Positions 42,540 through 51,892 of a stretch of DNA of 64,000 bases are shown here, one piece after another (within the stretch, counting starts at the first letter, position 1; each line of letters begins with the position of its first letter). Under the pieces are notes generated by a model. The model did not search any database, had not been told where the DNA came from, and was given only the letters and a program-made list of their open reading frames with translations. The stretch covers positions 2,025-66,024 of the forward strand of contig RFZB01000001.1 of the NCBI GenBank assembly GCA_009920915.1, read 5' to 3'. Source of the stretch: Sphingomonadaceae bacterium. Lineage in GTDB: Bacteria; Pseudomonadota; Alphaproteobacteria; Sphingomonadales; Sphingomonadaceae. The translations under genes and the position numbers were made by a program.

Positions 42540-44983
42540 TAGATTTTGATCCGTGCATTAGAGGGGTCGTAGAGCGGTTTCAGCGAAGCCGTGGCAGGAT
42601 AGCGCACGCCGGCAATTTCAATCTCAAAGTCATCAGCACCAATTGGACCAACGACACCGCCGTCTGGGTCCGTCACATAGCCCAAGCCACAGGCAGCCCC
42701 CAGGCCATGCGCATACATGCCAGAGCGAATATAGCCGACAATGCGATCGCCCTTCCAAATGGGCTCATTATGGTAGAGCATGGGCTCTGGCGACTTCAGA
42801 AGGAACTGCACAAGGCGCTGTTTCAGCCCGTCTTCTTTCTGCTTGAGGAGCGCTTCTCGGCCAATAAACCCGCCGGGCTTATCCATCCGCACAGCAAAGC
42901 CAAGCCCAGCTTCGAGCGGCGTATCTTCATCCGTGATGTCATGGCCCCAATGGCGATAGGCCTTTTCCATGCGCAGGGCATTTAAGGCATGATAGCCGCA
43001 ATGTTTCAAGCCAAAGGCTGCCCCGGCCGCCACGATTTCGTCGTACACGCCCGTCATAAACTCTGTGGGAATATATAATTCCCAACCAAGTTCCCCAACA
43101 TAGGTGATGCGCGACGCGCGCAAGATGGCATAGCCTAATTCAATTTCTTGGCTGGTGCCAAAGGGGAAGGCCTCGTTTGACAGATCATTGGGGCAAATGG
43201 ATTGCAGCAAGTCGCGCGCCTTTGGCCCCATGATGGAAATCACGCCCATAGCGGACGAGATGTTCGTCGCAATCGCGTGCGCATCATCGGGAATATGACG
43301 TTTCAGCCAGTTAAAGTCTCGGATTTCGGTCTCGGCGCCCGTGACGATCAAATAGGCTGTCTCAGACAGGCGCGTGACTGTTAAATCGGCCTCAATGCCC
43401 CCTTTGTCGTTCAACCACTGCGTATAGACCAGCTTGCCAACAGGTACGTCGACGTCATTGGCGCAAATGCGGTTCAGCACCGTGCAGGCATCGCGCCCTT
43501 CCAGCCGGAATTTGGCGAAAGAGCTTTGATCGAATAGGCCAACAGCTTCGCGAACCGCTTTGCACTCGGCCGCATTCGCTTCAAACCAATTTTGACGGCC
43601 ATAGCTATATTCATATTTGGGCGTTGTGCCGGGCGTTGCATACCAATTTGGCCGTTCCCAGCCAAAGGCTTCGCCATGGCAGGCCCCTGCAGCCACCAGA
43701 CGGTCATGAATGGCGGATCGACGCACGCCGCGCGCCGTTTCATATTGTTTGAACGGGTAATGGGTTGCGTAAAGCAGGCCGAGGCTTTCTGTCACACGTT
43801 CGCGCAGATATTTCCGGTTGATTTGGAACGGCATATTGCGCCGAATGTCGACTGTCCAAAGGTCGGCAGGGGGCATGCCATCGCGGATCCAATCGGCCAT
43901 CACCTTGCCAACACCGCCTGCCGATTGCAGGCCAATCGAATTCAAGCCAGCGGCAACGAAACAGCCCTTTAGCTCCGGGCTTTCCCCCAAATGATACCGG
44001 ACATCGGGCGTAAAGCTCTCTGGCCCGCAGAAGAATTTTTGAATCCCTGCATTTTCCAGCGCAGGCACGCGCCGCATGGCATCCATCAACAACGGTTCAA
44101 AATGCTCAAAGCTGCCGGCAATTTCGTCAAAGCAAAAATCTTCGGAAATGCCATCCATGCCCCAAGGCCGGGCATTGGGCTCAAAGGCGCCCACCAGCAG
44201 CTTGCCCGCATCATATTTGTAATAGCCGCAATAATCATAATCACGCAGCACGGGCAGGGTGGGGTCAATCCCCTCCACACCTTCAAACAGCACATAATAA
44301 TGTTCGCACGCATGGAGCGGGGCCGCGACGCCCACGCTGGCTGCCAGATCGCGCGTCCACATGCCGCCGCAAATGACGACATAATCGGCATCAATGGCAC
44401 CATATTCGGTATCAACGCCCGTCACCCGATCGCCATTGTGGCGAATGCGTGTGACCTTGGTGTTTTCAAAGATCTGGGCGCCGCCGGTGCGCGCGCCCTT
44501 GGCCAGTGCTTGGGTGATATCTACGGCATTGGCATAGCCATCGCTTGGAATGTGGATGCCGCCAACGACATCCTCCACATTCACAATTGGCGCGAGGGAT
44601 TTAATCTCATCTGCTGTCACAACATGAACAGGCAGATCAAAGACTTTCGCCATCGACGCGCTGCGCTTTAACTCTTCAAACCGTTCCGCATTGGTCGCCA
44701 TCGAGATGGAGCCGCATTGCCGATAGCCCGTGGCTTGGCCCGTTTCCGCTTCCAGCCCGCGATACAGCTCGCCCGTATATTTGGCGAGCTTGGTCATATT
44801 GATCGAGGTGCGCAGCTGGCCAACCAGCCCGGCGGCGTGCCACGTTGTGCCGCTGGTCAGCTGTTTGCGTTCCAGCAGGACGACATCATCCCAACCGATT
44901 TTGGTCAGGTGATAGGCAATGGAACACCCGATGACCCCGCCACCGATGATGACGACCCGCGCCTTTTTGGGAAGTTCACTCAT
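42539..44983 (-). CDS. FAD-dependent GcvT-domain dehydrogenase #2 (sarcosine dehydrogenase-like)
   Basis: IIGGGVIG, LTSGTTWHAAG, GPESFTPD, GWERPNWY and RITYVGELGWELY. Confidence 0.9.
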   Translation of the reverse strand: MSELPKKARVVIIGGGVIGCSIAYHLTKIGWDDVVLLERKQLTSGTTWHAAGLVGQLRTSINMTKLAKYTGELYRGLEAETGQATGYRQCGSISMATNAERFEELKRSASMAKVFDLPVHVVTADEIKSLAPIVNVEDVVGGIHIPSDGYANAVDITQALAKGARTGGAQIFENTKVTRIRHNGDRVTGVDTEYGAIDADYVVICGGMWTRDLAASVGVAAPLHACEHYYVLFEGVEGIDPTLPVLRDYDYCGYYKYDAGKLLVGAFEPNARPWGMDGISEDFCFDEIAGSFEHFEPLLMDAMRRVPALENAGIQKFFCGPESFTPDVRYHLGESPELKGCFVAAGLNSIGLQSAGGVGKVMADWIRDGMPPADLWTVDIRRNMPFQINRKYLRERVTESLGLLYATHYPFKQYETARGVRRSAIHDRLVAAGACHGEAFGWERPNWYATPGTTPKYEYSYGRQNWFEANAAECKAVREAVGLFDQSSFAKFRLEGRDACTVLNRICANDVDVPVGKLVYTQWLNDKGGIEADLTVTRLSETAYLIVTGAETEIRDFNWLKRHIPDDAHAIATNISSAMGVISIMGPKARDLLQSICPNDLSNEAFPFGTSQEIELGYAILRASRITYVGELGWELYIPTEFMTGVYDEIVAAGAAFGLKHCGYHALNALRMEKAYRHWGHDITDEDTPLEAGLGFAVRMDKPGGFIGREALLKQKEDGLKQRLVQFLLKSPEPMLYHNEPIWKGDRIVGYIRSGMYAHGLGAACGLGYVTDPDGGVVGPIGADDFEIEIAGVRYPATASLKPLYDPSNARIKI

Positions 44984-44987
44984 CAGA

Positions 44988-47402
44988 TTAGACCTTCATC
45001 TTTGCATTGTCGGGGTCATAAACCGGGGCTGCAAGCACCGTGGCGCGTTTGCGCTGGCCCTGTAACATGATGTCAAATTGCACACCGGGCTCTGCGTGAT
45101 CGAGTGGTACGCACGCAAAAAACAGGCTTTTACCCGTGCGATAGCCATAGCCGCCCGAGGTTGTCAGGCCGATACACGCCTCGCCCACCAAGCACGGCTC
45201 TGCGCCGCGTGGGTCCACAGTGTCAGCGTCGACTTCACCATAGACAATCCGGAAGCGTTCCGGCGCATCCAGAGTGGCCTGCTTGCCGACAAAATCGTCC
45301 TTTTTCATCGCTATAAAGCGTTTCATATCAGCTTCGACCATCGTGAGCTCATTGGTTAGTTCAGACCCCCAGGCTTTATAGCCCTTTTCCATGCGCATCG
45401 CGTTGAGCGCGTAGAGGCCAATATTGGTCAGCCCAAGGTCTTGGCCTGCCGCCCATAGTGCATCGTAAAGGGTTGGCAGATCCTCCATTCGCGCATGAAG
45501 TTCCCAGCCCAATTCACCGACATAGGAAACGCGCAGCGCCCTTAAAAATACACCCGCAACCGTAATTTCTTGGCCACTAAGCCACCGAAAACCCTCATTG
45601 CTCAGATCAGCGTCTGTGAGGCGCGCCAACAGATCTCGCGATTTTGGGCCGCTGAGAACCAAGACGCCCAAATCCATTGTACGGTTGCTGAAGGTAACGT
45701 TTTCATCGGGGAGTTGGGATTGGACCATCCAGTCCCAATCCCGCTGCTCGGCCGCTGCGGCAGACAGGCAGTAAAAATGATCATCTGCCATCCGCGTCAC
45801 AGTCATTTCGCCCTGAATGCGGCCCCGCGCGGACAAGGGATGCACCAATGCAACGCCCCCCTGTTTGGTTGGCATCCGGTTTGCGCAGATGCGGTTGAGG
45901 AAACGTTCCGCATCTGGCCCCGTCACGTCATATTTGGCGAACCCAGACAGGTCGATAATGCCAACATTTTCGGCCACGGCCTTGACCTCGTCCGCCACCA
46001 CCTCAAACACATTGGTGCGGTGATAACCGCCTTCTTCGGATCGCCCATCCAGCGAGAACCATTTTGGCCGTTCCCAGCCATAGGTCTCGCCATAAACTGC
46101 GCCTGCTTCGCCCAACCGCTGATAGAGCGGGCTGGTCTTTTGCGGGCGGCCATCAGGTTCTTCTTCACCCGGCAGGCGCGTGGTAAAGGTCATTCGGTAA
46201 TCGAGGAACACTTTTTCCCGGCTATAGGCTTCATCAGCATAGGGGCCATAACGGCGCGGGTCGAACTCAGCCATGTTGATGTCGGCATCGCCATAGACCA
46301 TCCATTGCGCCAGATATCTGCCGGATCCGCCGCCCTGCGCGATGCCAAAGGACGTCCCGCAGCAATGCCAGAAATTCTTGAGGCCGGCGGCCGGGCCAAG
46401 CAGGGGGCCGCCATCTGGCGTATGGGGGATGGCGCCGTTGACGATACGCCGAATGCCAACTTCGCCAAAGACGGGCATCCGCTCAATAGCGCGTTCCAGC
46501 CATTTGGAAATGCGATCCAGATCATCAATGAACAGCTCGCTCGTCGACTCCCATTCAGGCATGCCCTTGGGTGCCCAGGCTTCCGCTAAACCGGTGTTCT
46601 CATAGACGCCAATCAGGCCACTCTTCTGTTCTTGCCGGAAATAGCCCGAGACATAGGGGCAGCGCATGACGGGAATTTCCTCATCCCGCTCTAAAAAGGC
46701 GGGAATAGGATCCGTGACGATATAATGGTGCTCCATATTGGTGACAGGAATATCAATCCCTGCCATTTGAGCGACTTGCCGGGCATAGCAGCCCGCAGCG
46801 TTGACCACGATTTCGGCCCGTACAACGCCCTTTTCGGTGGCAACATCCCATTCACCGGAGGGCAATTGCGTGAGGCCTGTGACGCGGTTCTTCCGAACAA
46901 TGGTGGCGCCCATTTGCTTTGCTCCAATGGCCAGCGCATTGCAGATGCCAGAGGGGTCGGCATGGCCATCCCCCGTTGTCCGCCCGCCCGCAATAACGCC
47001 TTCTGTTGTCACAAACGGGTTTATCCGCCGGATTTCCTCAGGCGGAATAATTTCCATGTCGAAACCGACAATCTTTGAAAATCCGTGGATATAGCGCAGC
47101 CATGCCAATTCCCGCTCATTGGTCGCAAAGCGGATGCCGCCCGATTTGTGCCAGCTGACATATTGGCCAGTCAGACTTTCAAGCTGGGGATATAGTTCGT
47201 TGCTGTACGCATGAATTTTGGCGAGATTGAAACTGCCTGTGATGCTCGGGCATTGGCCAGCTGCGTGCCAGGTTGATCCCGATGTCAACTCATCCTTTTC
47301 AATGAGCATGCAATCGGTCCAGCCGAGTTCAGCAAGGTGGTAGAGCAGGGATGCGCCCATGATCCCGCCGCCGATGATTACAACCCGTGCTGAAGTTTGC
47401 AT
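44988..47402 (-). CDS. FAD-dependent GcvT-domain dehydrogenase #3 (dimethylglycine dehydrogenase-like)
   Basis: IIGGGIMG, LTSGSTWHAAG, HTPDGGP, GWERPKWF and RVSYVGELGWELH. Confidence 0.9.
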   Translation of the reverse strand: MQTSARVVIIGGGIMGASLLYHLAELGWTDCMLIEKDELTSGSTWHAAGQCPSITGSFNLAKIHAYSNELYPQLESLTGQYVSWHKSGGIRFATNERELAWLRYIHGFSKIVGFDMEIIPPEEIRRINPFVTTEGVIAGGRTTGDGHADPSGICNALAIGAKQMGATIVRKNRVTGLTQLPSGEWDVATEKGVVRAEIVVNAAGCYARQVAQMAGIDIPVTNMEHHYIVTDPIPAFLERDEEIPVMRCPYVSGYFRQEQKSGLIGVYENTGLAEAWAPKGMPEWESTSELFIDDLDRISKWLERAIERMPVFGEVGIRRIVNGAIPHTPDGGPLLGPAAGLKNFWHCCGTSFGIAQGGGSGRYLAQWMVYGDADINMAEFDPRRYGPYADEAYSREKVFLDYRMTFTTRLPGEEEPDGRPQKTSPLYQRLGEAGAVYGETYGWERPKWFSLDGRSEEGGYHRTNVFEVVADEVKAVAENVGIIDLSGFAKYDVTGPDAERFLNRICANRMPTKQGGVALVHPLSARGRIQGEMTVTRMADDHFYCLSAAAAEQRDWDWMVQSQLPDENVTFSNRTMDLGVLVLSGPKSRDLLARLTDADLSNEGFRWLSGQEITVAGVFLRALRVSYVGELGWELHARMEDLPTLYDALWAAGQDLGLTNIGLYALNAMRMEKGYKAWGSELTNELTMVEADMKRFIAMKKDDFVGKQATLDAPERFRIVYGEVDADTVDPRGAEPCLVGEACIGLTTSGGYGYRTGKSLFFACVPLDHAEPGVQFDIMLQGQRKRATVLAAPVYDPDNAKMKV

Positions 47403-47566
47403 GGTGCCGTCCGATCCTCATACCTGTTTAAACTTGACCATAAGCGGTCGCGACGAGCCCCGACAAATTTTGATTATGCCTGCATTGGTTCAAAAAATTT
47501 TCGGATCGCACGACCAACGGCCTGCTACGGGCTTAATTTACGGATGATTTATAGAGGTGTGAATAC

Positions 47567-48331
47567 ATGAAGACAGCCATAGTCACGGGCGCGGCACAAG
47601 GCGTAGGGCTGGTAACGGCGCGACTGCTTGGCCAAAAGGGCCATCATGTCGTGATGACGGACGTCCAACCGCTTGCAGCACAAGCCGCAGCGCTGTCTTC
47701 AGAGGGGCTTAGCGTCTCGCACCTGTCGGGGGATGTTTCCTCGGAAAGCTTTGTCGCGGATCTCGCAGCGAAGGTCGCGGCGGACCATGGCGGTGCAGAT
47801 ATTCTGATCAATAATGCCGGGATTAGCCTGATTTGTCCGGCTGAAGAGACGAGTTTTGATCAGTGGCAGCGGGTTATGGCAATTAATCTGGCTGGCCCAT
47901 TCCTCTTAAGCAAAGCCTTTGGCCTGCAAATGCTGGCCAAGGGCAAGGGGAGCATCGTCAACATTGCCTCTATTGCAGGGCTGCGAGGGGTGATCCATCG
48001 GACAGCCTATAATGCCTCGAAACATGGGTTGATCGGCATGACGCGGACATTGGCCGCGGAGTGGGGCGGGCGCGGTGTGCGGGTGAATGCTGTGTGTCCG
48101 GGCTGGATCAAGACGGAAATGGACGTGGCCGACCAAGGGTCTGGAGCTTATGGCGATGCGGACATCATCAATCGCGTGCCCATGGCACGTTTTGCCAAAC
48201 CCGAAGATGTGGCCGCTGCCATTGCATTTTTGGCTGATGATGGGGGCTTTGTGAATGGCGTGACTTTGCCGGTGGATGGCGGCTGGACTGCCGATGCCAG
48301 TTGGGATGCATTGCGCCTCAAAGCACGCTAG
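47567..48331 (+). CDS. classical short-chain dehydrogenase/reductase
   Basis: TGAAQGVG, INNAG, SIVNIAS, catalytic YNASK and VNAVCPGWIKT. Confidence 0.93.
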   Translation: MKTAIVTGAAQGVGLVTARLLGQKGHHVVMTDVQPLAAQAAALSSEGLSVSHLSGDVSSESFVADLAAKVAADHGGADILINNAGISLICPAEETSFDQWQRVMAINLAGPFLLSKAFGLQMLAKGKGSIVNIASIAGLRGVIHRTAYNASKHGLIGMTRTLAAEWGGRGVRVNAVCPGWIKTEMDVADQGSGAYGDADIINRVPMARFAKPEDVAAAIAFLADDGGFVNGVTLPVDGGWTADASWDALRLKAR

Positions 48332-48336
48332 CCGCC

Positions 48337-48376
48337 GGAAAAAATTTTCACCCCTGCCGCCAAATTTTTCATTTGT
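48337..48376 (+). promoter_or_regulatory. tandem LysR-type operator (site ending TTCAC, then site ending TTCAT 21 bp later) upstream of the beta-HAD/ALDH pair
   Basis: 24 of 40 gapless identity by hand alignment to the reverse complement of 62371-62410, including an identical TTCATTTGT. Confidence 0.55.
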
Positions 48377-48435
48377 GGAAAGACTGGCCAGTCGGGTTAA
48401 CCGAATGACTTGGCAAAATTGAGGGAAATGCACGG

Positions 48436-49389
48436 ATGAAGATCGGTTTTATCGGCCTTGGCAATGTTGGTGGCAAGCTCGCCGGCAGCTTGATCCGCAA
48501 CGGCCATGACGTAACAGTGCGCGATCTCGATCCAGCGCTGGTGGCAGATTATGTAGGTCGCGGCGCTAAATCCGCAGCATCCCCGCGTGAGTTGGGCGAA
48601 GCGGTGGACATCATCATCACTTGCTTGCCCTCGCCAGCGGCCAGCGCGGCTGTTGCCGAAGGGGAAGATGGCTTTCTTCAGATCATGCGCCCCGGCCAGG
48701 TCTGGATGGAAATGAGCACGACCGATTATGAGGAAGTGATCCGCCTTGGTGCGCTGGTTGAGGCGCGCGGCGCGATGTTCATGGAATGCCCGGTTTCCGG
48801 TGGGTGTCACCGTGCGGACACCGGCAATATTGCCATTTTTGCAGGCGGGCCTCGCGCCGCTTTTGAGTATGTTTTGCCGGTATTGACGACCATGGGCCGG
48901 CGCATTTTGCACACCGGAGACTTGGGCACGGCATCACAGTTGAAGGTGATGACCAACTATTTGTGCACGGTCCACCTCGTCGCGCTGGCTGAAGCGTTGA
49001 CGACCTGCAAGGCCATTGGCCTGGATATGAACACAACGTATGAGGCGATTAAAATCTCGTCCGGCAACAGCTTTGTTCACGAGACAGAGAGCCAGGTTAT
49101 CCTGAACGGCAGCCGCGATATCAACTTCACCATGGATTTGGTCTCAAAGGACATCGGTCTGTTCGATAAGATTGCACAAGGTGCTGGCGTTCCCGTCGAA
49201 ATGTCGCCGCTGATTGTGCGCCTGTTTAAGGAAGCTGAGGCGGCGTACGGCCCCCGGGAATTTTCACCCAATATCATCCGCCGGTATGAAGAGCCGCTGG
49301 GGATTAAGGTTCTCGGCACCGGCTTTCCTGCACAAATGGTTGATGATGAGCCTGAAGAGCCGGGCTATGAGGTCGTCCCCAAACGCTAA
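48436..49389 (+). CDS. NAD(P)-dependent oxidoreductase, beta-hydroxyacid dehydrogenase (3-hydroxyisobutyrate DH) family
   Basis: GFIGLGNVG, EMSTT, ECPVSGG and catalytic-Lys context QLKVMTNY. Confidence 0.9.
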   Translation: MKIGFIGLGNVGGKLAGSLIRNGHDVTVRDLDPALVADYVGRGAKSAASPRELGEAVDIIITCLPSPAASAAVAEGEDGFLQIMRPGQVWMEMSTTDYEEVIRLGALVEARGAMFMECPVSGGCHRADTGNIAIFAGGPRAAFEYVLPVLTTMGRRILHTGDLGTASQLKVMTNYLCTVHLVALAEALTTCKAIGLDMNTTYEAIKISSGNSFVHETESQVILNGSRDINFTMDLVSKDIGLFDKIAQGAGVPVEMSPLIVRLFKEAEAAYGPREFSPNIIRRYEEPLGIKVLGTGFPAQMVDDEPEEPGYEVVPKR

Positions 49390-49407
49390 ACGGGTAAAGG
49401 CGGCGTT

Positions 49408-50913
49408 ATGACCACCATGTCGATTGATTATGCCGGTTGGCAAGCACGGGCCGCTGCGCTGTCCGTTGACGCAGGCCTATTCATTGAGGGCCAATCTTGC
49501 GCCGCGCAGGATGGCGCCGTCATAGAGGCCATTAATCCCGCAAATGGCGTCAAAATTGCGGAAATGGCGTGTGGCAGTGCCGCAGATATTGACCGTGCTG
49601 TCGCGTCCGCCAAGCAGGCGTGGGAAGATGGCCGTTGGCGGTATCTAACGCCGCGCACCCGAATGGACATTTTTCGGCGTTGGGCAGACCTTGTTGAAGC
49701 CCATGCACTAGACCTTGCACTGATGGAAACGGTGACAATGGGGAAACCCATTACCGATGCCCTCACCATTGATCTGCCGGAAAGCCTTGTCACCATTCGC
49801 TATTTTGGAGAGGCGATCGACAAAGTCTCGGGCAGCGTGACAAATAGCCCGCAGGACGCCCTGCATATGGTGATGCGCGAACCCTTGGGGGTGGTGGGCG
49901 CAATTTCCCCATGGAATTATCCGCTGTTAATGGCAGCTTGGAAGGTGGCTCCGGCACTTGCGGCGGGCAATTGCGTTGTCCTAAAGCCTTCGGAAAAGGC
50001 CGCCCTTTCGTGCATCCGCTTGGCCCAGCTTTTTGTCGAAGCTGGCGGCCCTGCCGGTGTTTTCAATGTTGTTGTGGGCTATGGCCAAGATGCGGGCAGG
50101 GCGCTTGCCCTCCACCCGGATGTTGCCAAGATCAGCTTCACAGGCTCAACCGGCGTTGGCAAGCAGCTGATGATCTATGCCGGTGAGAGCAATTTGAAGC
50201 GCGTTTCGCTGGAGACTGGCGGCAAAAGCCCGCAGATCTTCATGCCTGATCTGCAAGACCTGAACACCGCAGTTGACCGCGCCATCATGGGCATTTTCGA
50301 CAATGCAGGCCAAGTCTGCAATGCAGGATCGCGCCTGTTGGTCCATGCGGACCTTCATGATGCTTTTGTTGACCGCTTTGTTGAGCGTGCAGCCAGCCTT
50401 TATGCGCCGGGTGATCCGCTGGATCCGGCGACCAGCCTTGGCCCCGTGGTCAGCCATACGCACCAGCATTCCGTTCTTGGGCATATCATGCGCGGCATGG
50501 CAGATGGTGCGGCACTTGCCTTGGGCGGCGCAGCAGACGCGGCGCGGCCTGCAGGCGCCTATGTGCAACCCACACTCTTCACGGGGGTAACGCCCGATAT
50601 GGCCATTGGGCGTGACGAAATTTTTGGGCCTGTGGCAGCGCTCTTCCGATTTGAGCGCGAAGAAGAGGCCATCGCGCTTGCCAATGACTCTGTCTATGGC
50701 CTTGCCGCGAGCGTTTGGACGTCTGATGTCCGGCAGGCACATCGCATGGTGAAGGCGCTTGAGGCTGGTGTTGTGTGGGTCAATTGTTTCGGCGATGGCG
50801 ATATGACTCAGCCCTTTGGGGGCTATAAACAGTCAGGCAATACGCGCGACAAATCGTTGGAATGCCTTGCAGGGTATATGCAGTCCAAGTCAGCCTGGCT
50901 CAACCTCGCCTGA
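49408..50913 (+). CDS. NAD-dependent aldehyde dehydrogenase (PuuC-like)
   Basis: ISPWNYP, LKPSE, FTGSTGVG, LETGGKSP, catalytic NAGQVCNAGSRL and EIFGPV. Confidence 0.93.
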   Translation: MTTMSIDYAGWQARAAALSVDAGLFIEGQSCAAQDGAVIEAINPANGVKIAEMACGSAADIDRAVASAKQAWEDGRWRYLTPRTRMDIFRRWADLVEAHALDLALMETVTMGKPITDALTIDLPESLVTIRYFGEAIDKVSGSVTNSPQDALHMVMREPLGVVGAISPWNYPLLMAAWKVAPALAAGNCVVLKPSEKAALSCIRLAQLFVEAGGPAGVFNVVVGYGQDAGRALALHPDVAKISFTGSTGVGKQLMIYAGESNLKRVSLETGGKSPQIFMPDLQDLNTAVDRAIMGIFDNAGQVCNAGSRLLVHADLHDAFVDRFVERAASLYAPGDPLDPATSLGPVVSHTHQHSVLGHIMRGMADGAALALGGAADAARPAGAYVQPTLFTGVTPDMAIGRDEIFGPVAALFRFEREEEAIALANDSVYGLAASVWTSDVRQAHRMVKALEAGVVWVNCFGDGDMTQPFGGYKQSGNTRDKSLECLAGYMQSKSAWLNLA

Positions 50914-51834
50914 TTTGCGCGCGTCGGCAACATTGCGGACCACCCAGTCCATGAAGGTCCGGATGCGCAAGTTTTCCCTCATGTCTTTGCGGCAGATAAG
51001 GCCCCAGGCGCCGGGGCAGAGGGCCTTGTGTGAAATTGGCTGAACCAAGCGGCCTGTGGCAAGGTCTTGTTCAACAAAGGGGCCATTGACCAAGGCAATG
51101 CCTTCGCCATTTAGGGCCATTTCCAGCGCGACGGCCAGTGTGTCGACCATGAGAAATGGCGCCGCAGGCTGAAAGGTGCCGCCCGCTGATGTGACCCAAG
51201 TTTCCCAGTTTTGAACCTCGGTATAGATGGCGACCAGAGGCTGCGCCATCAGCGCGTCAATGGTGACGGGAGTGTCAATTTTGGCCAGAAAGTCTGGGCT
51301 GCACACGGGGTAAAGTGCATAATCAAACAGCGGTTCCCAATGATATTTCGCCGGGTTGGGCAAGTCTTCGCAATAGACCAACCCAACATCTGCATGAACA
51401 TCATCAAAATCCCAATCGACGGCGCAGGTGCTTAGCGTCAGTTTGACTTCGGGATGGTCATGCAAAAATTGTGGCACGCGCTTGGCCAGCCAGCGGATAG
51501 AGGCTGTGACATAGGTCTGCACGCGCAACGGTTTATCCAATGCAGTGCGGTGGACCGCCTCAACGCCTTCCAAAAGAGATTCAAAAGCGCTGCGAACATA
51601 GGGGTAAAGAACACGGCCTGCCTCTGTTGACACAATATGGCGGCCTTCTTGCGCGAACAAAGTGACCCCCAGTGCCTCTTCAATCAACTGGACTTGATGG
51701 CTGACAGCGGGGTGCGTCAGGCAAAGCTCGTCCGCGGCTTCACGAATGCTTTGATGCCGGGTTGCTGCCTCAAAACCGCGAAGTGCCTTTAACGGCGGCA
51801 GTTTTCTAAGTTCGATTTTGTTCTGCACCATCAT
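50890..51834 (-). CDS. LysR-family transcriptional regulator (GcvA type)
   Basis: LPPLKALRGFEAATRHQSIREAADELCLTHPAVSHQVQLIEEALGVTLF. Confidence 0.92.
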   Translation of the reverse strand: MMVQNKIELRKLPPLKALRGFEAATRHQSIREAADELCLTHPAVSHQVQLIEEALGVTLFAQEGRHIVSTEAGRVLYPYVRSAFESLLEGVEAVHRTALDKPLRVQTYVTASIRWLAKRVPQFLHDHPEVKLTLSTCAVDWDFDDVHADVGLVYCEDLPNPAKYHWEPLFDYALYPVCSPDFLAKIDTPVTIDALMAQPLVAIYTEVQNWETWVTSAGGTFQPAAPFLMVDTLAVALEMALNGEGIALVNGPFVEQDLATGRLVQPISHKALCPGAWGLICRKDMRENLRIRTFMDWVVRNVADARKSGEVEPG

Positions 51835-51875
51835 CCTCCCGGCATATGATGCAAGGCTAATCGCTGTTCGGCAAC

Positions 51876-51892
51876 CGGTAAATTAAATTCAC
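51876..51892. promoter_or_regulatory. LysR box GTAAATTAAATTCAC (T-N11-A) upstream of the GcvA-type regulator
   Basis: CGGTAAATTAAATT (14 bp) is identical at 51876-51889 and 62394-62407. Confidence 0.6.
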
